Origin: Methanobacteriota archaeon | GTDB taxonomy: Archaea; Methanobacteriota_B; Thermococci; Methanofastidiosales; B48-G16 | Reading direction: 5' to 3' | NCBI GenBank assembly: GCA_034659995.1 | Contig: JAYEIH010000088.1 | Coordinates: 1-46,724, forward strand | Length of the DNA stretch: 46,724 bases | Shown: positions 9,846 through 20,729 of the stretch, piece by piece | Numbering within the stretch: the stretch's first letter is position 1 | Layout: every line of letters begins with the position of its first letter | The notes under the pieces: generated by a model | Told to the model about the DNA's origin: nothing | The model's database searches: none | The model's input: only the letters and a program-made list of their open reading frames with translations | Program-made: the position numbers and the translations under genes

Positions 9846-11114
9846 ATGAAGCAGGTAAAAAAGATCGTGAGGGGAACTAAACTTATCAAAGAAGGAAGCC
9901 AACCTGGAAAGAACAAGTGCGTTCTTTGTAAAGGAACAAAAATGCTCTGCGGAAAGAAAAAATGTCCGATTCTCGCCAAGATAAATCTTCATTCAAAATA
10001 TAAACCTCTGGACAAAAAGGAAATGGTGGGAAGTTCACCGCCGAGTGTTTTTGTGGGGCGAATTGGATACCCCAATGTTTTCATCGGGCCAATGCTCCCA
10101 TCTGAAAAAGGAGACACATCCATGATGGACCTTCCCGAACAGTGGTTTGGAAAGAGCATAGAGGAGATAGCCGATTTTAGAATAAAACTCGTAAGGGGGA
10201 TGCACAGGGTAAACGTAAAGGGCAGAGATAAAATAATAGACAAAACACGTGAGATATCACTATCCGGAAAATCGGTAGACTCTGAGATGAACCTTTTAAA
10301 AAAGCCGAGGAGAGCTACAACAATGAGCGATGAAGTTCAGCCATTTGGAGCCTCGGCACCGTTAAAAAACTTTGAGATAGATAACACATACTGGAATAGG
10401 AAAATGGAAAAATGCTACTATGACACGGATCTAAAAGCAAAAAATGCAGTAATCACCATGCACGAAAAAAAAGTCCCGGTATCTTCAATTCAAAAGGCAT
10501 TCAGCCTTGGATCCTTCGGGATTGAAAAAAATAGAAAGCTTGTGCCTACACGGTGGAGCATCACCGCAGTGGATGATATGCTCAGCAAACGCCTGAGGAG
10601 AAATGTAAAACGGTATCCCATGATCAATGAGTACAGGGTCTATGAGTCAAAGTTTCTCGATAATCGGTTTGAGATTCTCATGATGCCTGAAAGATGGAGC
10701 TATGAGTCAATGGAAACCTGGTATCCGGGAACGCTGTGGAACAAGAACTCCTCCGATTTTGTACTTTACTCCGATTACGAGTCCTATAAGGGAAGAACTA
10801 CCTACGCAAAAATAGGAGGATGCTACTACTCTGCCAGATTAGCTGTTCTGGAACGTTTAGAGAAAGAACGGAGACAGGCCACAGTAATAGTTATGAGAGA
10901 AGCACACCCGGGATATATAATGCCTGTGGGGGTCTGGCATGTTCGGGAAAATGTTAGGAATGCAATGAAAAATAGACCCCTAAAGTTTGATACTCTTGAG
11001 AAGGCTCTTTTGAGAGTAAAAAGAAAATTTGAAATTCCTCTAAACTTCTGGACCGAGAACTCAGACCTTCTGGAGGAAAGAAAAACTCAGAAGAAACTCA
11101 CTGAGTGGACTTAA
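9846..11114 (+). CDS. nreA: Nre family DNA repair protein
   Basis: CxxCKG...LCG...[28 protein letters not shown]-terminal PIP box QKKLTEW. Confidence 0.92.
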   Translation: MKQVKKIVRGTKLIKEGSQPGKNKCVLCKGTKMLCGKKKCPILAKINLHSKYKPLDKKEMVGSSPPSVFVGRIGYPNVFIGPMLPSEKGDTSMMDLPEQWFGKSIEEIADFRIKLVRGMHRVNVKGRDKIIDKTREISLSGKSVDSEMNLLKKPRRATTMSDEVQPFGASAPLKNFEIDNTYWNRKMEKCYYDTDLKAKNAVITMHEKKVPVSSIQKAFSLGSFGIEKNRKLVPTRWSITAVDDMLSKRLRRNVKRYPMINEYRVYESKFLDNRFEILMMPERWSYESMETWYPGTLWNKNSSDFVLYSDYESYKGRTTYAKIGGCYYSARLAVLERLEKERRQATVIVMREAHPGYIMPVGVWHVRENVRNAMKNRPLKFDTLEKALLRVKRKFEIPLNFWTENSDLLEERKTQKKLTEWT

Positions 11115-12342
11115 TAATTCTAACCTGGACAATCTTTTTTTCATCCATCTCCTCTATAATGAATCTGCTGTTCTCATATATTATTCCTTCGCCTTCCTCG
11201 GGTACTTTATCGAGGTTCTCCATCATGAATCCAGCCAACGTATCAACGGAATCCATGGGGAGATCCAGCTTCATCCCCTCGTTCAGCTCACCTATGGGAA
11301 GTCGCGCATCGACTATAGCTGTATTCTCATCGAGGATCAATATCTCATCTCTGGCAATATCATACTCATCAAATATCTCGCCAACTATCTCCTCAAGTAG
11401 ATCCTCCAGGGTTACCAGTCCTGTAACCCCCCCATACTCACCGATTACTATGGCCATATGCACCCTTTTTCTCTGCAGTTCACTTAGAAGGTCATCGGCC
11501 CTCTTTGTTTCTGGTACAAAGTATGCTTTTTTCTTAATTTTGCCTACAGAAATATTGAAATTTCCATCTTTTAAATATTTTAAGAGGTCTTTTATATAGA
11601 GAATACCCACAATATTGTCCACCTTGCCTTCATAGACAGGAAGTCTGGAGTATCCCACCTTTATTGCATTGTTCAAAATATTTTCCAGCGTTTCTCCAGC
11701 CTCTAAACAGACCATGTCAACACGAGGGGTCATAATTTCTTTGATTCTGGTATCTTCAAGTTCAAATATACCCGCTATCATCTCTTTTTCGTCTTCTTCA
11801 ATTGTTCCCTCCTGTTCGCCCACATGTATAATGGTTTTGATTTCTTCTTCTGTAAATATAGGTCCATTGTCGATACTTTTTCCCAAAAAAAGATTGGAAA
11901 ATCCTGTGAAGGCCAAAAGTATCGGGTAAAAAATCTTCGAAAGAATGCTCAATAATGGTGCCACAGCGAGTGTCAACGTCTCTGCTCGCCGTATGGCATA
12001 TCTTTTTGGGGTGATTTCGCCAAAGAGAAGGATTAAAAATGTCATTACCCCTACGGCAACACCCACTCCTTTGTTCCCAAAAAAGTCAATTGCCAGAGCC
12101 GTGGCTATCGAGGATGCGGAGATATTGGCTATATTGTTACCAATAAGAATGGTTGTCACGGTTTTTTCCGGGTCTTTTTTAAGTTTTTCAAGAGTTTTAG
12201 CCCTTTTATTTCCTTTACTAACCAAATGTTTAACTCTTATCATGCTCATGTGAGTGTATGCAGTCTCCGAACTAGAAAATAAAGCTGACAGGAATAACAA
12301 TATTACAAGAGATACAATCTCCACAATAATTTTTTCACTCAT
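11098..12342 (-). CDS. CNNM/CorC family Mg2+ transport protein (DUF21-CBS-CorC)
   Basis: FSSSETA, GNNIANI, FGEITPK, CBS pair (IMTPR, YSRLPVY), [13 protein letters not shown]. Confidence 0.93.
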   Translation of the reverse strand: MSEKIIVEIVSLVILLFLSALFSSSETAYTHMSMIRVKHLVSKGNKRAKTLEKLKKDPEKTVTTILIGNNIANISASSIATALAIDFFGNKGVGVAVGVMTFLILLFGEITPKRYAIRRAETLTLAVAPLLSILSKIFYPILLAFTGFSNLFLGKSIDNGPIFTEEEIKTIIHVGEQEGTIEEDEKEMIAGIFELEDTRIKEIMTPRVDMVCLEAGETLENILNNAIKVGYSRLPVYEGKVDNIVGILYIKDLLKYLKDGNFNISVGKIKKKAYFVPETKRADDLLSELQRKRVHMAIVIGEYGGVTGLVTLEDLLEEIVGEIFDEYDIARDEILILDENTAIVDARLPIGELNEGMKLDLPMDSVDTLAGFMMENLDKVPEEGEGIIYENSRFIIEEMDEKKIVQVRIIKSTQ

Positions 12343-12545
12343 CAATTGAGATCCAACTCCGACCTGATTCCATTACTCTCTATCTCCTCTTTTCTCTTTA
12401 AAAATCTTTTGGTGCGTGCTGTATATATGCTTGCAAGAAAGTATATGACAACTGTGGTATCTCTCGATACCTTTTTATGTGCAATGTCTCAACTCCATAT
12501 GGGCTTTCCCTTGAGAGCGATAATATCTGGGTAATATGTGATACC

Positions 12546-12977
12546 ATGAAAGTGACAGTTGCAGGCACATTTGATATAATCCATCCGGGACACATCTACT
12601 TTTTAAAAGAAGCAAGTGAGTACGGAGATCTACACGTGATCATAGCAAGAGACAAAAATGTCAAGAAAGAAAAGGGAAAAAGACCCGTATTCAACGAAAA
12701 TGAAAGGAAATTAATAATTGAGAGTATGAAATTTGTTAAAAAGGCGTATCTTGGGGCTTTAAACGATTTTTTTAAAATAACAGAAAAAATAGATCCCGAT
12801 ATCATATTCTTAGGGCCTGATCAGAATAAAGAATGGGTGGAAAACGAAATCCGAAAAAGAAAACTGCACAGTAAGATTATACAACTAAAAGTACGAAAAA
12901 ATTACAGTTCTTCGGGTACAAAGGAAATCCTCCATAGAGTCTATAAAAGACAAATGAGGAGGGGGGAAGGAGGCTGA
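12546..12977 (+). CDS. ribL: FAD synthase / cytidylyltransferase family
   Basis: GTFDIIHPGH, ARD, ER, LGPDQ motifs; real start is probably ATG 12546. Confidence 0.82.
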   Translation: MKVTVAGTFDIIHPGHIYFLKEASEYGDLHVIIARDKNVKKEKGKRPVFNENERKLIIESMKFVKKAYLGALNDFFKITEKIDPDIIFLGPDQNKEWVENEIRKRKLHSKIIQLKVRKNYSSSGTKEILHRVYKRQMRRGEGG

Positions 12978-12991
12978 GAAAACCCCCTCCT
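12957..12991. terminator. GC-rich inverted repeat at the convergent ribL/ftsZ junction
   Basis: AGGAGGGGG...CCCCCTCCT 9-bp arms. Confidence 0.4.
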
Positions 12992-14091
12992 TAAAATGAA
13001 TCTAATCCAAAACTTGGCCAGTAGGAGGTTTTCTTTTTCTTCCGGCTGAACTGTTTAAAAGAGATTGTACCTCCATCGTTATTTGCAACCTGACCGGAAA
13101 CCCATGGCGACTTAACACCCGTCATTATAATCATGACCCTCATGGATTCTTTGAGGTTCTCATCAATTCTCGCGCCCCAGATCACCCGACCATCTTTCTT
13201 TTTCACCATCTTCTTCACGCGCTCTCCGACCTCGTTTGCCTCGTAGAGCTTCATATCGGAACCTCCTGAACAGTGGACCAATGAGCCTTTTGCTTCTGTA
13301 TAATCCACATCCAGAAGTTTATTCCTTAATGCTTCGGCAACGGCTTCTTCTGCTCTGTTCGTGGAATTAGACTCGCCCACACCTATCATGGCAACTCCGC
13401 CATCTTGCATAATCGCTCGTATATCGGCAAAGTCCAGGTTTACAAGACTCGGCTGCGTAATTGTTTCCGAAAGACCCTTTACCATCTCTGCAAGTACTTC
13501 ATCGGCAACACTAAAGGCATAACTCACGGGCTGCTTTGGAACCAATGCCATTAACTTATTATTATCAAGAGCAACAACGGTATCACAGTTAGCTCGCAGC
13601 ATATTGAGCCCCGCCTGTGCCTTTTTCAACCTTACATCTCCTTCCATTCTGAATGGAAGGGATATCACACCAATAGTCAGGATTCCCATTTCTCTGGCAA
13701 TCTTTGCGATAAATGGGGAAGCTCCCGTACCGGTACCGCCCCCCATGCCGGCCGCAAGGAATAAAAGCTGTTGATCCTCTAACAATTCCTTTATTTGGCG
13801 TCTATCTTCTTCAGCTGCCCCTAAACCAACACTTGGATCGCCGCCTGCACCCAATCCTTCTGTCAGTTCTCTTCCAAGGAGCATTTTTCTATCTGCATCT
13901 ATAGTATCCAAATGCTGCCTATCGGTGTTCATGGCGATTGTTTCTGCCCCGTGAACGCCCAAGGTATGTAATCTATTTATCGTGTTGTTTCCTGCACCGC
14001 CTACTCCAATCACTGCAATCCTTGCTTTTCCGAAATCTTCCTCTTCAGCATAATTAACATGCTTTTCCGCATTTTCCAGAATACTTTTCAT
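12991..14091 (-). CDS. ftsZ: Cell division protein FtsZ (FtsZ2-type by context)
   Basis: [17 protein letters not shown] tubulin signature, NLDFAD. Confidence 0.97.
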   Translation of the reverse strand: MKSILENAEKHVNYAEEEDFGKARIAVIGVGGAGNNTINRLHTLGVHGAETIAMNTDRQHLDTIDADRKMLLGRELTEGLGAGGDPSVGLGAAEEDRRQIKELLEDQQLLFLAAGMGGGTGTGASPFIAKIAREMGILTIGVISLPFRMEGDVRLKKAQAGLNMLRANCDTVVALDNNKLMALVPKQPVSYAFSVADEVLAEMVKGLSETITQPSLVNLDFADIRAIMQDGGVAMIGVGESNSTNRAEEAVAEALRNKLLDVDYTEAKGSLVHCSGGSDMKLYEANEVGERVKKMVKKKDGRVIWGARIDENLKESMRVMIIMTGVKSPWVSGQVANNDGGTISFKQFSRKKKKTSYWPSFGLDSF

Positions 14092-14101
14092 GCTTTCATC
14101 C

Positions 14102-14311
14102 TCACTTTTCCTCTATTTCCTCTTCTACCACAGAGGTTCTCAACATAGACTTTCTTTTTTCTATCTCCTGAAAGCCTCCTATTTCGTTGGTAAGTAAATC
14201 CCTTACTGCGATCCTGATAGCTTCGCTCCTGTTCGGATAATATCCTGAGGCTATCATGATATCCAGCCCCTCTAGGTAGAGCTCGGGTATTTGTACTGAG
14301 ACCAGTTTCAT
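14102..14311 (-). CDS. cdrS: Ribbon-helix-helix regulator, CdrS-like
   Basis: MKLVSVQIP...YPNRSEAIRIAVRDLL, directly upstream of ftsZ as in the conserved archaeal cdrS-ftsZ2 locus. Confidence 0.8.
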   Translation of the reverse strand: MKLVSVQIPELYLEGLDIMIASGYYPNRSEAIRIAVRDLLTNEIGGFQEIEKRKSMLRTSVVEEEIEEK

Positions 14312-14371
14312 GGTATTTCACTTCGGGAGATATGTTCATCATAATATTCTGATAATATCTACGTATTATCT

Positions 14372-14388
14372 CCTTTATATAGCTTTCG
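14372..14388 (-). promoter_or_regulatory. BRE-TATA promoter of cdrS-ftsZ
   Basis: Minus strand CGAAAGCTATATAAAG. Confidence 0.6.
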
Positions 14389-14478
14389 GTTATACTGATT
14401 TGTAAAAGTATGAAATGTTGCTTATCAACACTAATAACCCACCATGCAACATATAAATCATACTGTTGAATATATAGT

Positions 14479-14862
14479 ATGAAACTATTTGAGGTAGACC
14501 GTACCATGGACAAAAAGGGTATATTGTTGAAGTACGATGGGTTTATCTTTGATCCTCAATACGTTGTAGATGAGGAACAGGTACTCTTTGCCTACCTGCA
14601 TATGAAAAAAGCATTTAAGAGAGGAAGCAACATCGCAGATGATCCGAAAATAGAGTTCCTTGTGAGGCTTTCCGGAAAGGATCAGATATCAACTGCTATA
14701 AAACTTGGGTTAAAGGACAAAATGGAACGATTTGGGGTACTTATGCCAGATAAAAATGGAATTTCTTCAATAAAAGGCGATCCGAAAAAAATAAAGGAAT
14801 TTTTTGGAACGACTAATAAAAAAGAGATTTTTGAAAAAATCGCACTTATAGAGGTACTTTAG
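14479..14862 (+). CDS. cgi121: KEOPS complex subunit Cgi121
   Basis: AF.RG.NIA....IEFL.RLSG..QIS.AI.LG; C-terminal EKIAL. Confidence 0.8.
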   Translation: MKLFEVDRTMDKKGILLKYDGFIFDPQYVVDEEQVLFAYLHMKKAFKRGSNIADDPKIEFLVRLSGKDQISTAIKLGLKDKMERFGVLMPDKNGISSIKGDPKKIKEFFGTTNKKEIFEKIALIEVL

Positions 14863-15827
14863 CGAATTTCTCGTATATTTCCGCAGCTCTTTCAATATCC
14901 TTTTTCAGAATGTACTCATCAATTTGATGTGCCAGAAACGGATCTCCTGGCCCTAAAATAACAGTAGGAACCTGCTTATAAAAACGTACAGCTTCTGTGG
15001 CAAAATGACATATAGTTCTTTCTTTCACAATCTCCAGAAGCTGTTCAGGAGGATCGAGCGAGAGCGGCTCTAATTTATGAATTATTTCTTTTTCATCAGC
15101 TTCAAATGAAAAAAGCCCCTCTATCTCCTCAAAGTCGTGCTCCGGCGGAAATCGTATATCCACCTCCAGCTCAACAGTATCCGGAACCACATTTATCTTC
15201 TCTCCGCCATTTATTTTCCCCAGATTCACTGTAATACCATCCGGGCTGTTTTTAAAGGATCTAATCTTTTTTATATCTTTTTATAAACAGCGTTTTCTCC
15301 CTCCCAGAGCATTGCAGAGTGGCAAGACTTCCCGAAATAACGCAAAAGAAACTGAAAAATACCCTTTTCCTCTGTGCTGAGCTTGAGATCCGTGGGCTCA
15401 CAGACAACACAGTACGTTCCCTCTATCCTTTTACTCAGCTCCTCAGCGCCTCTCATCATGGTCTCCTCATCCGTAGTCAATGCAATTGAGAATGGAATAT
15501 CTCCTCCCTCAGTCTCTCAGCAGCAGCAAGGGATGCAACTATTCCTCCTTTCATGTCACACGTTCCTCTTCCGTATATCCTTCCATCCTCTGTACTGCCC
15601 TGCTTAACACTCCATTTTTTTCCCACGGGTACAGTATCCAGATGTCCCGAAAAGATTACGCCTCCTTTGCCATTTTTTGCAAGAATGTATGGGCTTTCTG
15701 AGTCATAGGTGTTGTAATCAAGCCCCATCCCTTCAAAAAGATCTTCCATATACGATATTATCCCGGTATTATCTGGTCCTGCGGAGTTGATCTTTACCAT
15801 CTCTATTAGTGTTTTCTCTATATCCAT
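14846..15827 (-). pseudogene. M20 (ArgE/DapE-like) metallopeptidase split by two frameshifts
   Basis: Three consecutive fragments: GHLDTV/GRGTCDMKG; TTDEE/CEPT/HS; NVVPD/GPG...AHQIDE. Shifts near 15505 and 15275. Confidence 0.8.
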
Positions 15828-15880
15828 GCTAGGAGAACAACAGGAAAGTATAAATATTTTTGGTGAGAGTACGTTTATAA

Positions 15881-17045
15881 ATGATGGAACTTTTAGTAAT
15901 GGCAGTTGTTTTTGCGTCCGCATTGTTTTTTGGAGAAATGTTCCACGGGCGAGGCTATTCAAATGTGCAGGGTGAATTATTCGGCGGAATACTCGTGAGC
16001 ATTATTTTTTTCTTGTTTATTTTCAAAGACAGCTCTATATTTTCTCAGATAGAGTCATCTAATTTAATCGAAAAATGCAGGATGCTCTCTGAGATCGGAA
16101 CGATTATAGTAATGCTTATCATAAGGGCAAGCTTTGATATCTTTGCACTGAAGGAACTGGAAAAACGATCCATCTCCGTGGGCACTGCCGGCATGATTGC
16201 TTCACTTTTCCTTGGGTATAATAGTAGGAACGGAACTCGGTTACAGTCCTGCCGTCTCCTTTTTCATAGGGATCAGCCTCTCAATATCAGCTCTTGCCAT
16301 ACACACTGAGCACATGCACTCCCTGCGATCCATGGATGAAAAAATGATACTGACACACCTTGAGTCGGCTTTGATAGACAATATAGCCGGCATATTTCTT
16401 CTGTCACTATTTTTGGGCACGCTCTCAACGGAGTTTTCACTGACATCAGAGCTCCTTTACAGCATGCTGGGGTTTTTTATATTTGTGCTTCTTTGCTTTG
16501 TTTTGGAGCTATATCTCCTTCCAAAGCTCTTTAAAGAGCTGAAACGTATCGAAAGCACCTACAAGGTGGGAATCACAATTGCTTTGGCATTTTTCTTTTC
16601 TATTACGGCAAAAATGATGGGTGTACATGAGGGAGTGGGGGCTTTTATATTCGGAGTTCTCCTTAGAAGAGCATTATCTGATGTAGAAATAGAGATTTTA
16701 ACAAACTGGAGTTTTTCCTTCTTTATTCCACCCCACATAGGGCTTATGGGATTTGAAGTGAATTTTAGTTATATTTCCAGCTATTTTATAGCCATTATTT
16801 TGCTTGCAGCTTTTTTGGGAAAAATGGTAAGCTGTACGATTGTTTCTTTTCTCAGCGGGTTTACCCGGAAAAAGAGTTTACTAATAGGTATCGGATTAAA
16901 CGGTAGGGGCGCAATAGAACTTATATTCGCCCACACGGCGCCTATGCTAGGGATTATTGGATTCAAGCTCTATTCTACCCTTGTTATCGTTGGGTTTATC
17001 ACCACATTACTCTCCTCCTTCTCTCTCAAAAAAATTCTCAGGTGA
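15881..17045 (+). pseudogene. Cation:proton antiporter (CPA2/Kef-type) with one frameshift
   Basis: GELFGGI, ALIDNI, GAFIFG, GLNGRGAIEL; frames join at ~16218 (GGG TAT [A] ATA GTA GGA). Confidence 0.75.
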
Positions 17046-17083
17046 GTCCACAGATTTAAAAAAGTTACTGAGAAGGGGCACTT

Positions 17084-17938
17084 ATGGATCTAAGCAAGGT
17101 GTTCATACTCGCACTTCTTCTCGGGCTAATCTTTCCGCAGGCTTCATCATCACTTGAAAATTATTTTATTCTTATCCTTGGAGCAATAATGTTTTTTTCT
17201 CTTCTCGATCTGGAATTTTCAAGGCGTATAGAAAATAAAAACGACATTTTATTTGCCCTGTTCCTCAACTATATTATTCTGGGAGGATTTCTCATCGCTG
17301 CAGGTTCACTTTTCAAAACTTCTTTTTTCCAGGGATTTGTTGTTATGGCAGTAGGTCCGCCCGCCGTGGCAGTGATACCCTTCACCAATGTTCTAAAAGG
17401 TGATCTGCGGCTCTCCATGCTGGGTGTAACCCTTGCCTACCTCAGTTCCATCGTTATAGCTCCCGTGGTTATCTTTCTTGTCTTTGGAGAAACTCTGAGT
17501 TACATAAGACTTCTCAAAACGCTAATTGAGTTTATCGTTATTCCGATGATTCTTGCCTATTTGGCCTCTAAAACAAAGTTTGGCACAAAAATAAAGGAGA
17601 AAAAAGATAACATTGTTGTAATTCTCATGTTCTTGCTGCTTTACACAATTATTGGAATAAATAGAAGTAGTTTTTTCAGGCCAGAGATGGTTTACCTCAT
17701 CATCATGGCATTTGTCAAAACATTTGGTTTTGGTTTTGGTATTTTTTACCTTCTGAAGAGTACCGCACTGGAAAAACGAATAAGCTTTGCACTTTTTGGA
17801 TCCTTTAAGAACTGTGCACTCTTAGCTGCCATAGCACTGGAAACCTTTGGCAAGGAAGCAAGCTTATGCCCTACCATAGCTATTCCGTTTGAAATATTTC
17901 TATTTGCCGCGTTAGGGTTTGTAGTTGGGAAGAAATAG
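17084..17938 (+). CDS. Bile acid:Na+ symporter (SBF/BASS) family transporter
   Basis: PPAVAVIPFTNVLKGD, IVIPMIL, KNCALLA; ~9 TM segments. Confidence 0.75.
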   Translation: MDLSKVFILALLLGLIFPQASSSLENYFILILGAIMFFSLLDLEFSRRIENKNDILFALFLNYIILGGFLIAAGSLFKTSFFQGFVVMAVGPPAVAVIPFTNVLKGDLRLSMLGVTLAYLSSIVIAPVVIFLVFGETLSYIRLLKTLIEFIVIPMILAYLASKTKFGTKIKEKKDNIVVILMFLLLYTIIGINRSSFFRPEMVYLIIMAFVKTFGFGFGIFYLLKSTALEKRISFALFGSFKNCALLAAIALETFGKEASLCPTIAIPFEIFLFAALGFVVGKK

Positions 17939-17946
17939 AGAAAAGA

Positions 17947-20352
17947 TTACTTCTTCATTTCCTTTTCTTTCCCCGCAATCTGGAGTTTTGTCTTGATCAC
18001 AGTATCGGGGTTCAGCGATATGGAATCAATACCGCACTCCACAAGGTACTCGGCAAACTCAGGGTAGTCCGACGGTGCCTGTCCGCATATTCCTACCTTT
18101 CTCCGCGGAGTATGCTGGTGGGCGGTATCTATCACCTGTTTCACCAGCCGCTTGACCGCGTCATTTCTCTCATCGAAGATATGAGAGACAAGCTCAGAGT
18201 CCCTGTCCAGCCCCAGTGTGAGCTGGGTAAGATCGTTTGATCCAATGCTGAATCCGTCAAAAACATCGGCAAACTGGTCAGCTGCCACCACATTACTGGG
18301 TATCTCGCACATGACATAGACCTCCAGACCGTTTTCTCCCTGTTTAAGGCCGTACTCCTCCATCACCTTAATGACCTTCTTTCCCTCCTCAGGTGTTCTG
18401 CAGAAGGGTACCATCGCCTTCACATTGGTAAGGCCCATCTCATTCCGTACCTTTTTCAGCGCTTCGCACTCAAGCCCGAAAGCAGGCTTGAAATCTTCGT
18501 CATAGTACCGGGAGGCTCCTCTCCAGCCTATCATGGGGTTGCTTTCCTCAGGTTCGTAGAACTGGCCGCCGATGAGGTTGGCATACTCATTCGTTTTAAA
18601 GTCTGAGAGTCTCACAATCACATCATTTGGATAGAATCCTGCGGCTATTTTGCCTATACCCCGAGCAAGCGTATCAATAAAAAACTGAGTTTTATCGGAG
18701 TATGCTTTCGTTTTTTTCTCTATTTCGGTAGCAACTTTCTTTTTTTCCGAATCATCTGATTTTTTGAGCTCTTCATAATTTAACAGGGCAAGGGGGTGTA
18801 TACCTATATAAGAATTAATGATAAACTCCTCGCGGGCGAGTCCCACACCGTCACAGGGTATCTGCCCCTGCGCAAATGCCTTCTCAGGAATTCCGACGTT
18901 CATCATAATCTGTGTTTTTGTCTCCGGCACATCGAGCTTTGTCTTCTCCACAGCATATTCCAGAAGCCCTTCATATACCTTTCCTGTTTCTCCCTCTGCG
19001 CAGCTTGTGGTCACCTTCTGTCCGCTTTTTAACTTCTCTGTGCCATCCTCGGTACCGATAATACAAGGTATGCCCAGTTCTCTCGAAACAATGGCTGCAT
19101 GGCACGTTCTTCCACCCTTATTGGTAACGATGGCACCGGCAATTTTCATTATCGGTTCCCAGTCAGGATCGGTCATATCCGTTACCAAGACCTCCCCCTT
19201 TCTGAACTGCTCAATCTCCTCTGCAGACTCGATAATATTCACTGTCCCCTGGCCTATCATCTGTCCAACGGCCTGACCCGTTGCAAGAACCTTCCCTTCT
19301 TCCTTAAGCTCGTATGTCGTTATGACACCCAATTCTCGCTGGGAGTGCACCGTTTCGGGCCGCGCCTGAACAATGTACAGTTCACCGGTATTGCCGTCCT
19401 TTGCCCACTCAATGTCCATTGGTTTTTCGTAGTGGTTCTCTATAGCCATAGCCCACCTTCCAAGGGTAACAACTTCTTCGTCTGTGAGCGTAAATGAGTT
19501 TCTTTCCTCCTCTGAAATAGTAATATCTTTCACTCTCTCTGCACCGGAGGAATATATCATTTTGATCTCCTTGGATCCGAGTTTTTTTCCTACAATAGGG
19601 ATGTATCCCTCCTTAAGTGTCGGCTTGAAAACATAGTACTCATCTGGATTAACCTTCCCCTGCACCACATTCTCCCCGAGCCCCCATGAGCCTGTAATAA
19701 ATACAACATTCTCAAACCCCGATTCTGTGTCTATGGAGAACATGACCCCTGAGGAAGCAAGATCGCTTCTCACCATCTTCTGAACGGCTATTGAAAGATA
19801 TACATCCAGATGATTAAACCCTTTGTCCTCTCTGTATGATATTGCTCTATTAGTAAATAATGATGCAAAACAGTCCTTACAAGCCTCTATAAGATCTTCA
19901 TCCCCCTTTACATTTAAATAGGTTTCCTGCTGTCCTGCAAAGCTTGCATCGGGAAGATCTTCGGCCGTAGCAGATGAACGAACAGCTACCGTTAAATTTT
20001 CGTCTTTTTCTTGCATTTTGTGATATGCTTCAAGAACCGTTTCTCGTAAATCGTTTGGAAGATCAACACCGCTTATAAGGTCCCTTATTTTCTTTCCACT
20101 TTCTCGAAGATTTTTGAGATCATGAACATCCAGTTCCGAAAGAATCTCAACAAGCTTATCCCGTATATTTGTTTCTTCAAGAAGGTATTTGTAGGCATAG
20201 GCCGTCACTGCAAATCCTCCTGGTACATTTACCCCCTCTGATACAAGATTCCTATACATCTCTCCCAGAGACGCGTTTTTTCCACCTACAAGCGGTACAT
20301 CATCCTTAGTTACTTCATCAAACCAGAGTACAAATTTCTTTTCTCTTTCCAT
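17947..20352 (-). CDS. ppsA: Phosphoenolpyruvate synthase
   Basis: VGGKNASLGE, VRSSATAEDLPDASFAGQQET, GGRTCHAAI, FSIGSNDLTQ. Confidence 0.97.
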   Translation of the reverse strand: MEREKKFVLWFDEVTKDDVPLVGGKNASLGEMYRNLVSEGVNVPGGFAVTAYAYKYLLEETNIRDKLVEILSELDVHDLKNLRESGKKIRDLISGVDLPNDLRETVLEAYHKMQEKDENLTVAVRSSATAEDLPDASFAGQQETYLNVKGDEDLIEACKDCFASLFTNRAISYREDKGFNHLDVYLSIAVQKMVRSDLASSGVMFSIDTESGFENVVFITGSWGLGENVVQGKVNPDEYYVFKPTLKEGYIPIVGKKLGSKEIKMIYSSGAERVKDITISEEERNSFTLTDEEVVTLGRWAMAIENHYEKPMDIEWAKDGNTGELYIVQARPETVHSQRELGVITTYELKEEGKVLATGQAVGQMIGQGTVNIIESAEEIEQFRKGEVLVTDMTDPDWEPIMKIAGAIVTNKGGRTCHAAIVSRELGIPCIIGTEDGTEKLKSGQKVTTSCAEGETGKVYEGLLEYAVEKTKLDVPETKTQIMMNVGIPEKAFAQGQIPCDGVGLAREEFIINSYIGIHPLALLNYEELKKSDDSEKKKVATEIEKKTKAYSDKTQFFIDTLARGIGKIAAGFYPNDVIVRLSDFKTNEYANLIGGQFYEPEESNPMIGWRGASRYYDEDFKPAFGLECEALKKVRNEMGLTNVKAMVPFCRTPEEGKKVIKVMEEYGLKQGENGLEVYVMCEIPSNVVAADQFADVFDGFSIGSNDLTQLTLGLDRDSELVSHIFDERNDAVKRLVKQVIDTAHQHTPRRKVGICGQAPSDYPEFAEYLVECGIDSISLNPDTVIKTKLQIAGKEKEMKK

Positions 20353-20452
20353 AGTATCATCTCATGCATATAACAATCTTTTAAAAATATATGGGGTGGT
20401 TTAAAAAAGCTTTCGTATCCCTTCTACTTTTTCTATCCTGTAAGATGATAAC

Positions 20453-20470
20453 CGAAAAGTATTTAAAGGA
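20453..20470 (+). promoter_or_regulatory. BRE-TATA promoter upstream of small ORF / tauE-like gene
   Basis: CGAAAAGTATTTAAAGG. Confidence 0.55.
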
Positions 20471-20535
20471 TGGTATCCATATATCATATGTAGATTATAG
20501 AAAGATACTCTACAGAGAATTTATAGGTGATATGG

Positions 20536-20697
20536 ATGGAATTTACAGATGACTGGATGATAGGGAATGATGCCCGGATATTAGACGAAATGGCGATCTC
20601 CAAGAGAACAAAGGTAGATAGAAGCACACTAAAAAAAATTGGAGGGGCTTTGTTAGTTTATGCCTTTACCATGACCCTAATGGCTCTATTTTTATAA
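20536..20697 (+). CDS. 53-aa tail-anchored small membrane protein (missing from ORF track)
   Basis: MEFTDDWMIGNDARILDEMAISKRTKVDRSTLKKIGGALLVYAFTMTLMALFL*; AGGTGA RBS 5 nt upstream; double stop. Confidence 0.6.
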   Translation: MEFTDDWMIGNDARILDEMAISKRTKVDRSTLKKIGGALLVYAFTMTLMALFL

Positions 20698-20729
20698 TAG
20701 CCATTACATCCAAATCTTAAAGGGATACT

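Noticed and set aside
12346-12545. Possible small gene between the corC-like gene and ribL
   Set aside because: Only short ORFs without RBS or motifs; consistent with a divergent promoter region
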